Below, piece by piece: positions 37,712 through 46,996 of a DNA stretch of 64,000 nucleotides. Source of the DNA: Methanobacteriota archaeon. GTDB taxonomy: Archaea > Thermoplasmatota > Poseidoniia > Poseidoniales > Poseidoniaceae. The first letter of the stretch is position 1, and the number at the start of each line of letters is the position of its first letter. The translations under genes and the position numbers were made by a program. The stretch covers positions 39,233-103,232 of the forward strand of contig JABJMO010000031.1 in NCBI GenBank assembly GCA_018659375.1. Direction: 5' to 3'. The notes under the pieces are model-generated. The model did no database searches. It saw nothing but the letters and a program-made list of their open reading frames with translations, and was not told the origin of the DNA.

Positions 37712-39079
37712 ATGGCTCAGACAACTAGTTCATGGGAGTTGCCCATCGCTACTGGAGAAGTTCCTGATGACAATAGTACTTTTGACGCGATAGTTGTTGG
37801 TGGTGGACCGGGCGGCTCGGCGGCTGCAGGATACCTAGCAATGGCTGGTAAATCTGTGCTGTTACTAGAGAAGGGGGTTTGGCCGCGCGACAAGATTTGT
37901 GGAGATGCTGTTGGTGGCAAATCATTGAGCCATGTAAAAGCATTAGGAGTCAAAGAAGCCTTGGAAAGTAGCCCGCATTTTAGGGTGACTGGAATCAAGT
38001 TTTCCTCACCCAAAGGAAATACTGTCAGAGTCGCCTTGCCAGAAGAAGATGTTCAGCGGTTAGAAGCAGGATATGCATTGCCAAGGATACAATTTGACCA
38101 TTTATTATTCGATAGATGTCAACACCTCGTTAGAGAAAGTGGTGGTATGGTGATTCAGGATTGTGCGGTAAAAGATGTTTTATTCGACGACGGGAATGGG
38201 GGAGATGACCCAGGAGTGGGTACAGGAAACCTGCGTCATGCACACGGCGTTACAGTCACTATTGGCGGAAGAGGGGGCGAGCAGCGAACTTACTTTTCGA
38301 AGGAGATTGTCGGTGCTGCTGGATATCAATGCCCTGTAGCTAAGGCTGTTGTCAAAGAATCATTTTCTGAAGAAATGGTCGACAACACTCACTATTGTGG
38401 TGGATATCGAGAATATTGGCGTAATGTTGAGGGCTGTTCTGGCGGCGTTGGAGACATTGAAATTCATTTTGTTGATTCAATTATTCCAGGTTACTTCTGG
38501 ATTTTCCCCGTCTCTGAAGACGTCGTTAATGTTGGAGTGGGGATGGTGATTAATCTGTTGAAGAAAGAGAAAAAGAAGCTCAAAGCATTGCAAAAAGATG
38601 TTATTGAGAACCACCCTATTTTCAAAGAGCGGTTTGCCAATTCTGAAATGATAAAAGGTAGCGGCAAAGGATGGCAACTACCGTTTGGGTCGCCTAGAAA
38701 GAAAGAGAAAAATCAGCCTCGCCGAGCAAGTATGAATGGAATTCGCCTAGTTGGCGATTCTGCTTCTCTTGTTGATCCGTTTTCTGGTGAAGGTGTCGGG
38801 AATGCGCTTGTTACTGGAGAGTTAGCAGCCAACCACATACTAGCAGGTAAATCACCTGAACAATATCAAGAGGAAATGTGGGCAATGTTGGGTCCAGAAT
38901 TAACTAATTCCTATCGTATGCAAAAATTAAGTAGGAAAAAATGGTTGCTAAATTGGTTTGTCGGCAAGGCTAGTAAGAAACCGGTTATTCAGGAAATGAT
39001 GACTGAAATGATCGCTTCAAAAGAGGCTCAAGAAAATCTACATTCGCCATGGTTCATGTTCAAAACACTAATGTTTTAG
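37712..39079 (+). CDS. Geranylgeranyl reductase family flavoprotein (archaeal lipid saturation type)
   Basis: DAIVVGGGPGGSAAAGYLA..LLLEKG, CGDAVG and GDSASLVDPFSGEGVG. The ATG at 37712 replaces the track start at 37595. Confidence 0.83.
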   Translation: MAQTTSSWELPIATGEVPDDNSTFDAIVVGGGPGGSAAAGYLAMAGKSVLLLEKGVWPRDKICGDAVGGKSLSHVKALGVKEALESSPHFRVTGIKFSSPKGNTVRVALPEEDVQRLEAGYALPRIQFDHLLFDRCQHLVRESGGMVIQDCAVKDVLFDDGNGGDDPGVGTGNLRHAHGVTVTIGGRGGEQRTYFSKEIVGAAGYQCPVAKAVVKESFSEEMVDNTHYCGGYREYWRNVEGCSGGVGDIEIHFVDSIIPGYFWIFPVSEDVVNVGVGMVINLLKKEKKKLKALQKDVIENHPIFKERFANSEMIKGSGKGWQLPFGSPRKKEKNQPRRASMNGIRLVGDSASLVDPFSGEGVGNALVTGELAANHILAGKSPEQYQEEMWAMLGPELTNSYRMQKLSRKKWLLNWFVGKASKKPVIQEMMTEMIASKEAQENLHSPWFMFKTLMF

Positions 39080-39087
39080 GTGATTAG

Positions 39088-39873
39088 ATGGATGCAAGCC
39101 TATCAGAAATTGATGCTGTGTTTCTCGACCTTGATGGCACGATTTACCTTGGCGGCCAGCTCATCCCGGGGGCACTGGATTTTCTCAACAGGTGTCAAGC
39201 TAAGGGTATTAAGCGATTTTTTCTATCCAATAATTCTAGTAGGTCAGTAAGCCAATATTTGAAAAAATTAGAGGGGTTTGGAATCCCAGCAACCAAAGAG
39301 GATGTATTACTCTCAACACACGACCTGTTATCTTGGCTGAAAAATGCTAACGTTTCCCAAACTTGGTTGGTTGGGACTGAGGGTATGCGGGAAATGTTAG
39401 AACAAGAAGGTGTTACGACAAATAGTTCAGATCCGCAATATGTCGTGCTTGGATATGACACTGAAATATCCTATGATAAGATAGCTCAAGCAAGTATTTT
39501 CCTTCATGCTGGAATCCCGTTAGTGGCTAGCCATCCAGACATGGTCTGCCCTTCACCCGATGGCGGATTGCCTGATGTTGGTGCTTATCTTGCAATGTTC
39601 AAGGTGACTACTGGAAAAGATCCTGAGCACATTACTGGAAAACCAAATGCGGGTATGATATTACATAAGATTGAGGAATTGGGATTGCAACCAGAACGGT
39701 GTGCAATGGTTGGCGATCGGTTGTATACTGATATTGCGATGGCTAATCGCGCAGGATGTGTTGGCGTTCTCGTACTATCTGGGGAAGCTACAATGGCTGA
39801 TGTAAATCGATTAGAAGAGGGGGCAGAACAACGCCCGCATATTATTGTGAATAGTGTTGCTGAATTGTTGTAA
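39088..39873 (+). CDS. HAD-IIA phosphatase (NagD/PNPase-like)
   Basis: DLDGTIY, LSNNSS, GKPN and GDRLYTDI motifs. GGTGAT lies just upstream of the ATG. Confidence 0.8.
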   Translation: MDASLSEIDAVFLDLDGTIYLGGQLIPGALDFLNRCQAKGIKRFFLSNNSSRSVSQYLKKLEGFGIPATKEDVLLSTHDLLSWLKNANVSQTWLVGTEGMREMLEQEGVTTNSSDPQYVVLGYDTEISYDKIAQASIFLHAGIPLVASHPDMVCPSPDGGLPDVGAYLAMFKVTTGKDPEHITGKPNAGMILHKIEELGLQPERCAMVGDRLYTDIAMANRAGCVGVLVLSGEATMADVNRLEEGAEQRPHIIVNSVAELL

Positions 39874-39882
39874 GGTGTCTTC

Positions 39883-40794
39883 ATGAGTTTTCTAAAGCGC
39901 TTAACATGGTTAATGGAGAGGCGTAAGAAATACCCTCCTGATGACATCCATCGAGCCGGGGACTTAGCTGAAATGCGCTTGGCAAAGCTATCTAGAGCCG
40001 CTGGGCGCGATAATGGTTGGAAAATTTACGAATCTGTTAGGATTCCTGACCCAGATGGAGGTCGGCGAGAAATCGATATGGTTATTATCGGTGGCAATTC
40101 TATACTAATAGTAGAACAAAAACATTGGGCAGGCTCCTTTAGAATTAACAAAGAGCATCATTTTATCCAAAAGCGAAAGAATGGTGATGAACATAGTCAT
40201 GACGGTGTTGCCGATAGAATTGCTAGAAAGGCGAGGTTGCTAGCTGAATTGCACCAACAGAGATTAGGATTAGCCAGCGAAGAAGAACCTGATGTCCGAG
40301 TTATTGTTGCTATGACTCATCACCGTTTAGATTGGCCAAGAATTCCTGAAGATCTTGCCGCAGAAATGGTCAATGAGAAAGGTTTTCTAGACATCATCAA
40401 GGCTGTCAACCCTGGCAAGCCAAATCTTGACTTGATTGAGACTTTAGAGGGATTCAACACGTGGGATGAAGTTCATTTACATGGCGGATTAATGAACAAA
40501 GGTGATGTTTTTGAATTGGGCCTTGGTTCGGATATTGATACCATTTTTGCTCAGAGAGAATGCGAAGTTACAGGAAGTGCAGATCACAAAAGAGGATTGC
40601 TTGCTATATTTGATAAGCAGCCATCAAAGGCGTCGATAAAAATCGGCAAAAAAAATGCTGATGTCACTCTAGCACAAGGTGCTTGCATCAACATGCACGT
40701 GGTTGGGGAGCCAAAGCCAAGAAAAATACCCTGGGCTAGAATCGATAAAATTGTACTCTCAAAACCGCCTGCGGAATGGAATAGAAGTGGGTGA
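39883..40794 (+). CDS. NERD (nuclease-related domain) protein with uncharacterised C-terminal half
   Basis: EIDMVIIGGNSILIVEQKHWAG matches the NERD core pattern (D/E..EQK). The C-terminal ~130 aa are unassigned. Confidence 0.58.
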   Translation: MSFLKRLTWLMERRKKYPPDDIHRAGDLAEMRLAKLSRAAGRDNGWKIYESVRIPDPDGGRREIDMVIIGGNSILIVEQKHWAGSFRINKEHHFIQKRKNGDEHSHDGVADRIARKARLLAELHQQRLGLASEEEPDVRVIVAMTHHRLDWPRIPEDLAAEMVNEKGFLDIIKAVNPGKPNLDLIETLEGFNTWDEVHLHGGLMNKGDVFELGLGSDIDTIFAQRECEVTGSADHKRGLLAIFDKQPSKASIKIGKKNADVTLAQGACINMHVVGEPKPRKIPWARIDKIVLSKPPAEWNRSG

Positions 40795-40798
40795 TTAA

Positions 40799-41068
40799 AT
40801 GGCCTCTTTGGTAATTGAAGCGATTGGTGTTGCGGCCGGCATTATTGGGGTTTTGGCCTGGGGCCCGCAGATAATCGAGGTATGGAAACATGAACGGCAC
40901 GAGGGGATCTCATTACCGACATTCATGATTGTTGCATTATCCCTCTCTTTATGGTTAATTTATGGGATTGCAATATCTTCCAAAGCAATGATTTTCTCGA
41001 ATATATTGACATTATCAGTAATAGGATTGGTGATAATTGGAGTTATTCGGATTAGAAGAAGACTTTGA
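40799..41068 (+). CDS. SemiSWEET / PQ-loop family small membrane protein
   Basis: 89 aa with three hydrophobic helices and a PQ motif in the first (LAWGPQIIEVWK). GGTGAT lies upstream of the ATG. Confidence 0.6.
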   Translation: MASLVIEAIGVAAGIIGVLAWGPQIIEVWKHERHEGISLPTFMIVALSLSLWLIYGIAISSKAMIFSNILTLSVIGLVIIGVIRIRRRL

Positions 41069-41148
41069 TGCTAGGCAATTTTTTCGTGAAGTTGATATAT
41101 GTGTACTCTTTGGCCACTATGTAACCGATGGTTAAGTAGTGTGGAATT

Positions 41149-41844
41149 ATGAGTGCCGCTGATGACTGGGAAGAGCAGATGATAGACCGGATGGTTGAAA
41201 TGTTCAAAAATATGGGGATGTCCTTGAGTAAACAGCAAATTAAAGCCTTAATGAGCCAATTTAAGTCGCAGTTTGATAAAATGGGCCTAGATGCTGGAAA
41301 TATGGCAAAGGGTGATGTGAATTTCAATTTTGATTTGTCTAATTTGACAAAAATGTTTCAATCTGGACAGTCTATGGAAGATATCCTTGGCAACCTAGGG
41401 ATGGATATACAGGTTGATGCCGCTCCTGTGGAAGTTGAGACGCCCGAAATCAAAGACGATGGTGATGAGATCCTAGAATTACCCAGTGATGATTTCTATC
41501 TAGATGGGTGGAATATGTCTATTATCGTCGACCTTAGTCTAAAGGCCAAGATTCCATCTAACGATATGCAGTTGGCCATGAACCTCTCAAAAGGAGGTTC
41601 GATGTTGGAAATCGTACAAGAGACTGAAGACTCCTTCGTAACCATGGCTCGCATCAAGTTGCCACATCCTTGTGAAGATGTTATTGGCTGGTCGATGAAT
41701 AACGGTATATTAGATCTCACTATGAAATTAATCCCCCAGGGCTCAGCCCTTGATGGTGATGATGAAGTCCCATCTGCTGATATTAGCATAGATCTCAGTG
41801 ACAAAGATGATGATGAAGATGACGGTGGAATTCCAATATTTTGA
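41149..41844 (+). CDS. Small heat-shock protein (alpha-crystallin domain)-like protein with Met-rich N-terminus and acidic tail
   Basis: ACD-like layout: YLDGWNMSIIVDL..MLEIVQE..ARIKLPHPCEDVIGWSMNNGILDLTMKL. The extreme C-terminus GGIPIF contains an I-P-I (IXI) motif. The N-terminal 70 aa are Met-rich and amphipathic. Confidence 0.45.
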   Translation: MSAADDWEEQMIDRMVEMFKNMGMSLSKQQIKALMSQFKSQFDKMGLDAGNMAKGDVNFNFDLSNLTKMFQSGQSMEDILGNLGMDIQVDAAPVEVETPEIKDDGDEILELPSDDFYLDGWNMSIIVDLSLKAKIPSNDMQLAMNLSKGGSMLEIVQETEDSFVTMARIKLPHPCEDVIGWSMNNGILDLTMKLIPQGSALDGDDEVPSADISIDLSDKDDDEDDGGIPIF

Positions 41845-41859
41845 AATGGATGTGTAAAA

Positions 41860-43746
41860 ATGAGTAAAGTAATAGGTATAGATTTAGGAACAACAAACAG
41901 CTGTGTAGCAACGATTGAAAATGGTGAACCGGTGGTGATTGCCAATGCAGAAGGGGCCAGGACGACACCTTCGGTTGTTGCCTTCGCTAAAGATGGCGGT
42001 GAGCGTTTAATCGGCGTCACTGCAAAGCGACAAGCCGTAACTAACGCACAACGAACACTATTGTCTGTAAAACGGCACATGGGTACTGATTGGAATACAA
42101 AAATAGATGATAAAGACTACACCCCTCAAGAAATTTCAGCATTTATTCTACAAAAGCTGAAGGCGGATGCTGAAGCATACTTAGGTGCAGAAGTGAAACA
42201 AGCAGTAATTACGTGCCCTGCTTACTTCACTGACGCTCAAAGGACTGCAACAAAGGATGCGGGGAGGATCGCTGGCTTAGATGTGTTAAGGATTATCAAC
42301 GAACCTACTGCTGCTGCGCTAGCATATGGAGTGGATAAGGGAGATGACCAAACCATCCTTGTATACGACCTTGGTGGCGGTACATTCGATGTTTCGGTGT
42401 TAGAAATCTACCAAGTCGATGGTCAGCCACAGATAGAGGTAAAGGCTACTGCAGGTAATAACAAATTAGGCGGAGATGATTTCGATGACCAAGTTATTGA
42501 TTGGCTAGTGAAAGAATTCAAGAAAGATACTGGTATTGACTTGTCTAAGGATTTGACAGCGATGTCTAGGCTAAAAGAAGCTGCGGAAAAGGCAAAAATC
42601 GAATTATCTGGGACTCAGCAAACTCAAATCAATCTACCATTCATCACAATGGTTGATGGTCAACCAGAGCATTTGGATATTACCCTTACCAGGGCTAAAT
42701 TCGAGAGTTTGATTGCTAAACTGATCGAGAACACAATGAAGCCTACTAGGCAAGCAATGAAGGATTCTGGCGTCAAGAAAGGCGATGTTGACAAGGTGAT
42801 TCTAGTCGGTGGCTCAACCAGAGTCCCAGCTGTCCAAGAAGCTGTAGAAAAAGAAGCGGGTAAAGCACCTTACAAGGGAATTAATCCAGATGAAGCCGTT
42901 GCTATGGGTGCGGCTTTACAAGCTGGAATCATTTCTGGTGATGAAGGAGTATCTGACATATTGCTGCTCGATGTTACTCCGCTAACTTTGGGTATTGAAA
43001 CTCTTGGCGGTGTTATGACGACAATGATTGAAAGAAATACCACGATTCCTGCTAGAAGGTCTGAGATATACTCTACGGCGACTGATAATCAACCAGCGGT
43101 AACAATACACGTTCTTCAGGGTGAAAGAGACTTTGCTAAAGATAATGTAACTCTAGGTGAATTCACTTTGATGGGAATACCAGCCGCCCCCCGTGGCGTA
43201 CCTCAAATTGAAGTTACCTTCGATATTGATGCTAATGGAATTGTTAATGTCAGCGCCAAAGATATGGGTACCGGAAAAGAGCAATCGGTTAAGATTGAGG
43301 CTCAGACTTCTCTATCAGAAGATGAAATACAATCTAAGATTGAGGAAGCCGAAAATTTTGCTGAAGAAGACAAGCAAAGAAAAGCCAAGGTAGAATTGCG
43401 AAATATGGCTGATCAAGTTCTATACCAAACAAGGAGAACCATCGACGAGGCTGGAGATAAGCTTGAGGAAGATGATGTTGTACCAGTTAAATCACATCTA
43501 GACGAGCTAGAAAAGTTGGTTCAAGATGACGATGGAAAGCCTTTGGAAATAGATGATGTTGATGATGCGGCAATTCAAGCCAAAGTTAAGGAAATCGAAG
43601 AGGCTATGCATGCGGTATCGACGAAATTGTATGAGGCTGCATCTGCAGAAATGTCTGAACAAGACGGGTCTTCAGAAGATGGTGACATCAGTGTTGACGG
43701 TGATGATGTTGTCGATGCTGACTTTGAAGTCGTCGACGAAGATTGA
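41860..43746 (+). CDS. dnaK: Hsp70 chaperone DnaK
   Basis: [28 protein letters not shown] and a full-length substrate-binding domain. Confidence 0.97.
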   Translation: MSKVIGIDLGTTNSCVATIENGEPVVIANAEGARTTPSVVAFAKDGGERLIGVTAKRQAVTNAQRTLLSVKRHMGTDWNTKIDDKDYTPQEISAFILQKLKADAEAYLGAEVKQAVITCPAYFTDAQRTATKDAGRIAGLDVLRIINEPTAAALAYGVDKGDDQTILVYDLGGGTFDVSVLEIYQVDGQPQIEVKATAGNNKLGGDDFDDQVIDWLVKEFKKDTGIDLSKDLTAMSRLKEAAEKAKIELSGTQQTQINLPFITMVDGQPEHLDITLTRAKFESLIAKLIENTMKPTRQAMKDSGVKKGDVDKVILVGGSTRVPAVQEAVEKEAGKAPYKGINPDEAVAMGAALQAGIISGDEGVSDILLLDVTPLTLGIETLGGVMTTMIERNTTIPARRSEIYSTATDNQPAVTIHVLQGERDFAKDNVTLGEFTLMGIPAAPRGVPQIEVTFDIDANGIVNVSAKDMGTGKEQSVKIEAQTSLSEDEIQSKIEEAENFAEEDKQRKAKVELRNMADQVLYQTRRTIDEAGDKLEEDDVVPVKSHLDELEKLVQDDDGKPLEIDDVDDAAIQAKVKEIEEAMHAVSTKLYEAASAEMSEQDGSSEDGDISVDGDDVVDADFEVVDED

Positions 43747-43781
43747 GTCGCGCTTATTTCATAGAGGTGTGTGGCCCAACC

Positions 43782-45356
43782 ATGAGCGAGGCGCCGATTC
43801 TAAGAGATACGGCACGTTCAAAGGGCCGCGATGCATTACAAAAAAACATTCAAGCGGCTCTTGCACTTGCTGAAGCAATTCGCTCAACTTTAGGACCAAA
43901 AGGATTGGATAAATTATTGATTGATGACGAAGGCCGGACCTTGGTAACTAATGATGGAGTCACTGTTTTAGAGACTGCCAAGGTTGAACATCCGGTTGCT
44001 AAAATGATGATTAGTGCGTCCTCTGCGCAAGACAGAGTCGCAAAAGACGGTACCACTAGTACAGTTATACTAGCGGCGGAAATGTTGCAAAATGCCTGGC
44101 AATTAATCCTCCAAGGCATTCATCCATCAACTATAGCCAGAGGTTTTAGAAAATCTGAACAGTTTGTTTTAAACAGTCTTGAAGAGATATCTCTACAAGC
44201 TAACGAGGATATGCAAAAAACGGTGGTAGAGACATCACTAGCTGGGAAGGGCCACAGTTCAATGCAAGAAACGATTGCCGATATTTCCCTTCGAGCGGTT
44301 AAGATGATTGTTGATGGCGAAAGCATCGACCCCACTAAAATAAAATTGATTTCACAAACAGGTGGACCGGTAGAAGAATCTAGTTTAGTTCAAGGTTTAA
44401 TGTTACCAAAAAAGCGTATTGATTCTGAAATGCCAAAAGAGATTTCTGAAGGTAAAATCTTGCTAATCGACGGCGGACTAGAGAAGAGAGGTGTCAAAGG
44501 TGATTTGAAATTAAATGTCACAGACACAGGTGTTTTAGAATCCTTTAGGCAGCAAGAGCGGGTGTTGTTAAAATCACAAGTCGACAAGTTAGTCGAGTAT
44601 GGAGTTGATGTATTGGCATGTAAAGAAGGCATCGATGATGATATTCGTGACTATCTTGTTAAAAATAATATTCAGGCCTTTCGGCGAGTGTCAAGAAATG
44701 ATTTAAACATGCTTTCTAGGGCTTGTAGTGCAATACTAGTTAATTCAATAAGCACTAGTAGAGTTAATGACTTAGGTGAATTTAAATCAAGTAAAAATAT
44801 CTCCCTAGATGGGAAAGATTTCTGGGTAGTAGAAGCCGTTGGTAAGGCTGCTACAATTATCGCTAAAGGTAGTACTGTTGACATCATTGGTGAAGTTGAG
44901 CGATGTTTCGATGACTCGCTTGGAGTGTCTGTACAATTAATTGAAGATGGTGAAATCGTCTGTGGTGGGGGAGCATCTTATGTCGCTCTTGCCCGCAAAC
45001 TAAGGCGGTTTGCGGAAACTATGCCTGGAAGAGAGCAATTAGCAGTTGAGGCATATGCTGATGCGATAGAAGTTATTATTCGGGTTTTAGCGGAAAACGC
45101 CGGTATCGACCCTATTTCTTCGTTGATTGATGTTGTGGCCGAGCAAACTAATCTCCATTCAGATCATATTGGGATAAATTTGACAACAGGAAAGCCCGCT
45201 GATATGTTGGAATTGGGGGTTCTTGAACCAAAAGGCATCATTAAACAAGCCCTCATTGGTGCTACTGAAGTGTCAATATCGATTCTCCGTATCGATGATG
45301 TTTTGTGGGCCAAACAAGATATCGAAGCACCAGTCCCGCCTCAATCTGATATGTGA
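43782..45356 (+). CDS. ths: Thermosome subunit (group II chaperonin)
   Basis: LGPKGLDKLL, TNDGVTVL, DGTTSTV and VCGGGASY. The track start at 43743 is TTG and overlaps the dnaK stop. The ATG at 43782 (MSEAPILRD..) with GAGGTG upstream is preferred. Confidence 0.95.
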   Translation: MSEAPILRDTARSKGRDALQKNIQAALALAEAIRSTLGPKGLDKLLIDDEGRTLVTNDGVTVLETAKVEHPVAKMMISASSAQDRVAKDGTTSTVILAAEMLQNAWQLILQGIHPSTIARGFRKSEQFVLNSLEEISLQANEDMQKTVVETSLAGKGHSSMQETIADISLRAVKMIVDGESIDPTKIKLISQTGGPVEESSLVQGLMLPKKRIDSEMPKEISEGKILLIDGGLEKRGVKGDLKLNVTDTGVLESFRQQERVLLKSQVDKLVEYGVDVLACKEGIDDDIRDYLVKNNIQAFRRVSRNDLNMLSRACSAILVNSISTSRVNDLGEFKSSKNISLDGKDFWVVEAVGKAATIIAKGSTVDIIGEVERCFDDSLGVSVQLIEDGEIVCGGGASYVALARKLRRFAETMPGREQLAVEAYADAIEVIIRVLAENAGIDPISSLIDVVAEQTNLHSDHIGINLTTGKPADMLELGVLEPKGIIKQALIGATEVSISILRIDDVLWAKQDIEAPVPPQSDM

Positions 45357-45424
45357 GGAAACCCATGTGGTGTCTATCATAACCGGACAGATGTTCAAAT
45401 ACTCGAAAAAATGAAGATGTCTTT

Positions 45425-46996
45425 ATGGGCATTGATGATTCTATTTGTGTTGGTATTGATGATATTGCTATTCACTTCCCTAGATTGTATATGGATATGA
45501 AGGATTTTGCCGAACTTAGAGGACAGGATTATGCTAAATTGAATAAGGGTCTTGGACTCAAAGCGATGTCTATTCCAGACTTTCATGAAGATACGGCGAC
45601 AATGGGTGCCAACGCAGTTATGAAACTCATCGATAGGAATGGTTTGAATCCGCGTAACATTGGGCGTATGTACCTTGGAACTGAATCTGCGCTAGACGGT
45701 GCAAAGCCAACTGCGACCTATATCGTAGATATGTTAACCCAAAGATATTCTGAAAGATATGGCGAGGACTGCTTTCGTAATTGCGATGTTGTCGATATGA
45801 CGTTTGCTTGTATAGGGGCTGTGGATGCTATGCACACTACGTTAGATTGGGTTGCCAGGTCAAATAATGAAGATGAGAGATTGGGGATCGTGATATTTTC
45901 TGATAATGCAAAATATGCTCTTGAATCTGCGGGAGAATATACTCAAGGCGCTGGTGGTGGTGCTTTATTGATTAGAAGAAACCCCCGCTTGTTAGAAATT
46001 CCAGATTGTATTGGTGTCTCAACGACCCCTGTTCACGACTTTTTCAAGCCACGTAGAGAGGTTTCTGTTAAATCAATTATTTCCAATGTAATGACATTGG
46101 CACAAGAGGCTGGACAATCAATCAAGAAAGGGCTTGTTGAAAGGATGATTCGTCACCTACCTGCCTCGACGGTGAGGAAGTTAGGCATTTTTGCTCATGG
46201 TGAAGAAAAGGTCAGTGTGCACAGAGATGATCCAGTGTTTGACGGCCAATTTTCTAACAGATGTTATCAAAGTGCGGTCAGACAAGCCTTCCATAACTTT
46301 AGACAAAAGGCTGAACGTGCGGGTAGATACAATCCCGAAACTGATGAGCGATTCACTGAACAATGGAGTCGTATTATCATGCACCTTCCGTATGCATATC
46401 AAGCAAAAAGGATGTTTCCGGATGTATTTAGGCATGATAGAGAGGATACTGATTTTTGGAAGGATGTCGCAGAACACCTTGGACCAGCCCCAGAACCTCA
46501 CAACTCAGATGACCCCATTATAATCGAAATTTGGGAGAAAGCTATGGATGGATATCGTAGGGCTATTTCTAAAACCCCGCAATATTTAGATTTCCACGCC
46601 AGTAGAATAGAAAAAGGTCAGCGCGCTAGTAGTTTGATTGGAAATCAATATACTGGATCTATTTTCCTAGCACTGATGTCGTCATTCGAATCTGACTTAG
46701 AAGAAAATGATAATCTAGACAATGAACTACTTGGTTTGTGTGGGTATGGATCTGGTGCAAAGGCAAAGGTGTTTGAAGGCAAGGTCTCACCAAGGTGGCG
46801 AGAAGTTGTCTCTAGATGGAGTTTGTTTGAGCGCCTAGCTGGAAGAGTTGCTATTGACCATGTCACCTACGAAAACCTGCACAAAGGTCTGCAGAGTGGT
46901 AGTGTAGTAGAACCTGAAGGGGAGTTTGCCCTAGTAGAAATTACCGAATCTGGGGTGCAAGAAGGTGCTCGGAGATACAAATGGATTGGCGCTTAA
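45425..46996 (+). CDS. mvaS: Hydroxymethylglutaryl-CoA synthase, long MvaS-like form
   Basis: GTESALDGAKP, catalytic Cys context FACIGAVDA, GEYTQGAGGGALLI, HDFFKPR, HLPYAY, GNQYTGSIF and GYGSGAKA. Confidence 0.85.
   Translation: MGIDDSICVGIDDIAIHFPRLYMDMKDFAELRGQDYAKLNKGLGLKAMSIPDFHEDTATMGANAVMKLIDRNGLNPRNIGRMYLGTESALDGAKPTATYIVDMLTQRYSERYGEDCFRNCDVVDMTFACIGAVDAMHTTLDWVARSNNEDERLGIVIFSDNAKYALESAGEYTQGAGGGALLIRRNPRLLEIPDCIGVSTTPVHDFFKPRREVSVKSIISNVMTLAQEAGQSIKKGLVERMIRHLPASTVRKLGIFAHGEEKVSVHRDDPVFDGQFSNRCYQSAVRQAFHNFRQKAERAGRYNPETDERFTEQWSRIIMHLPYAYQAKRMFPDVFRHDREDTDFWKDVAEHLGPAPEPHNSDDPIIIEIWEKAMDGYRRAISKTPQYLDFHASRIEKGQRASSLIGNQYTGSIFLALMSSFESDLEENDNLDNELLGLCGYGSGAKAKVFEGKVSPRWREVVSRWSLFERLAGRVAIDHVTYENLHKGLQSGSVVEPEGEFALVEITESGVQEGARRYKWIGA

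Noticed and set aside
39883-40794. NERD protein as a stand-alone defence system
   Set aside because: There is no partner helicase, ATPase, methylase or toxin nearby, and the neighbours look metabolic. It is reported only as part of the tight four-gene array.
41149-41844. Gene upstream of dnaK as GrpE
   Set aside because: There is no GrpE-like long paired helix followed by the beta-domain signature. The core looks alpha-crystallin-like instead.
41496-42080. 194-aa minus-strand ORF antisense to the sHSP-like gene and dnaK
   Set aside because: It is antisense to the unmistakable dnaK 5' end. The Ser/Pro/Ile-rich translation is typical of a shadow frame.
43690-43746. DnaK C-terminal ..[10 protein letters not shown] as a eukaryote-like EEVD TPR-docking motif
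   Set aside because: Acidic D/E-V-rich tails of this kind are common in prokaryotic DnaK, so this is not evidence of a TPR co-chaperone system.
43743-43781. TTG-initiated N-terminal extension of the thermosome overlapping the dnaK stop (possible translational coupling)
   Set aside because: The extension ([13 protein letters not shown]) is not thermosome-like. The ATG at 43782 with GAGGTG upstream gives a canonical thermosome N-terminus. The same applies to the TTG/GTG track starts of pckA, pepA, GGR, EamA, trm5, dph5, tdh and the DUF373-like gene.
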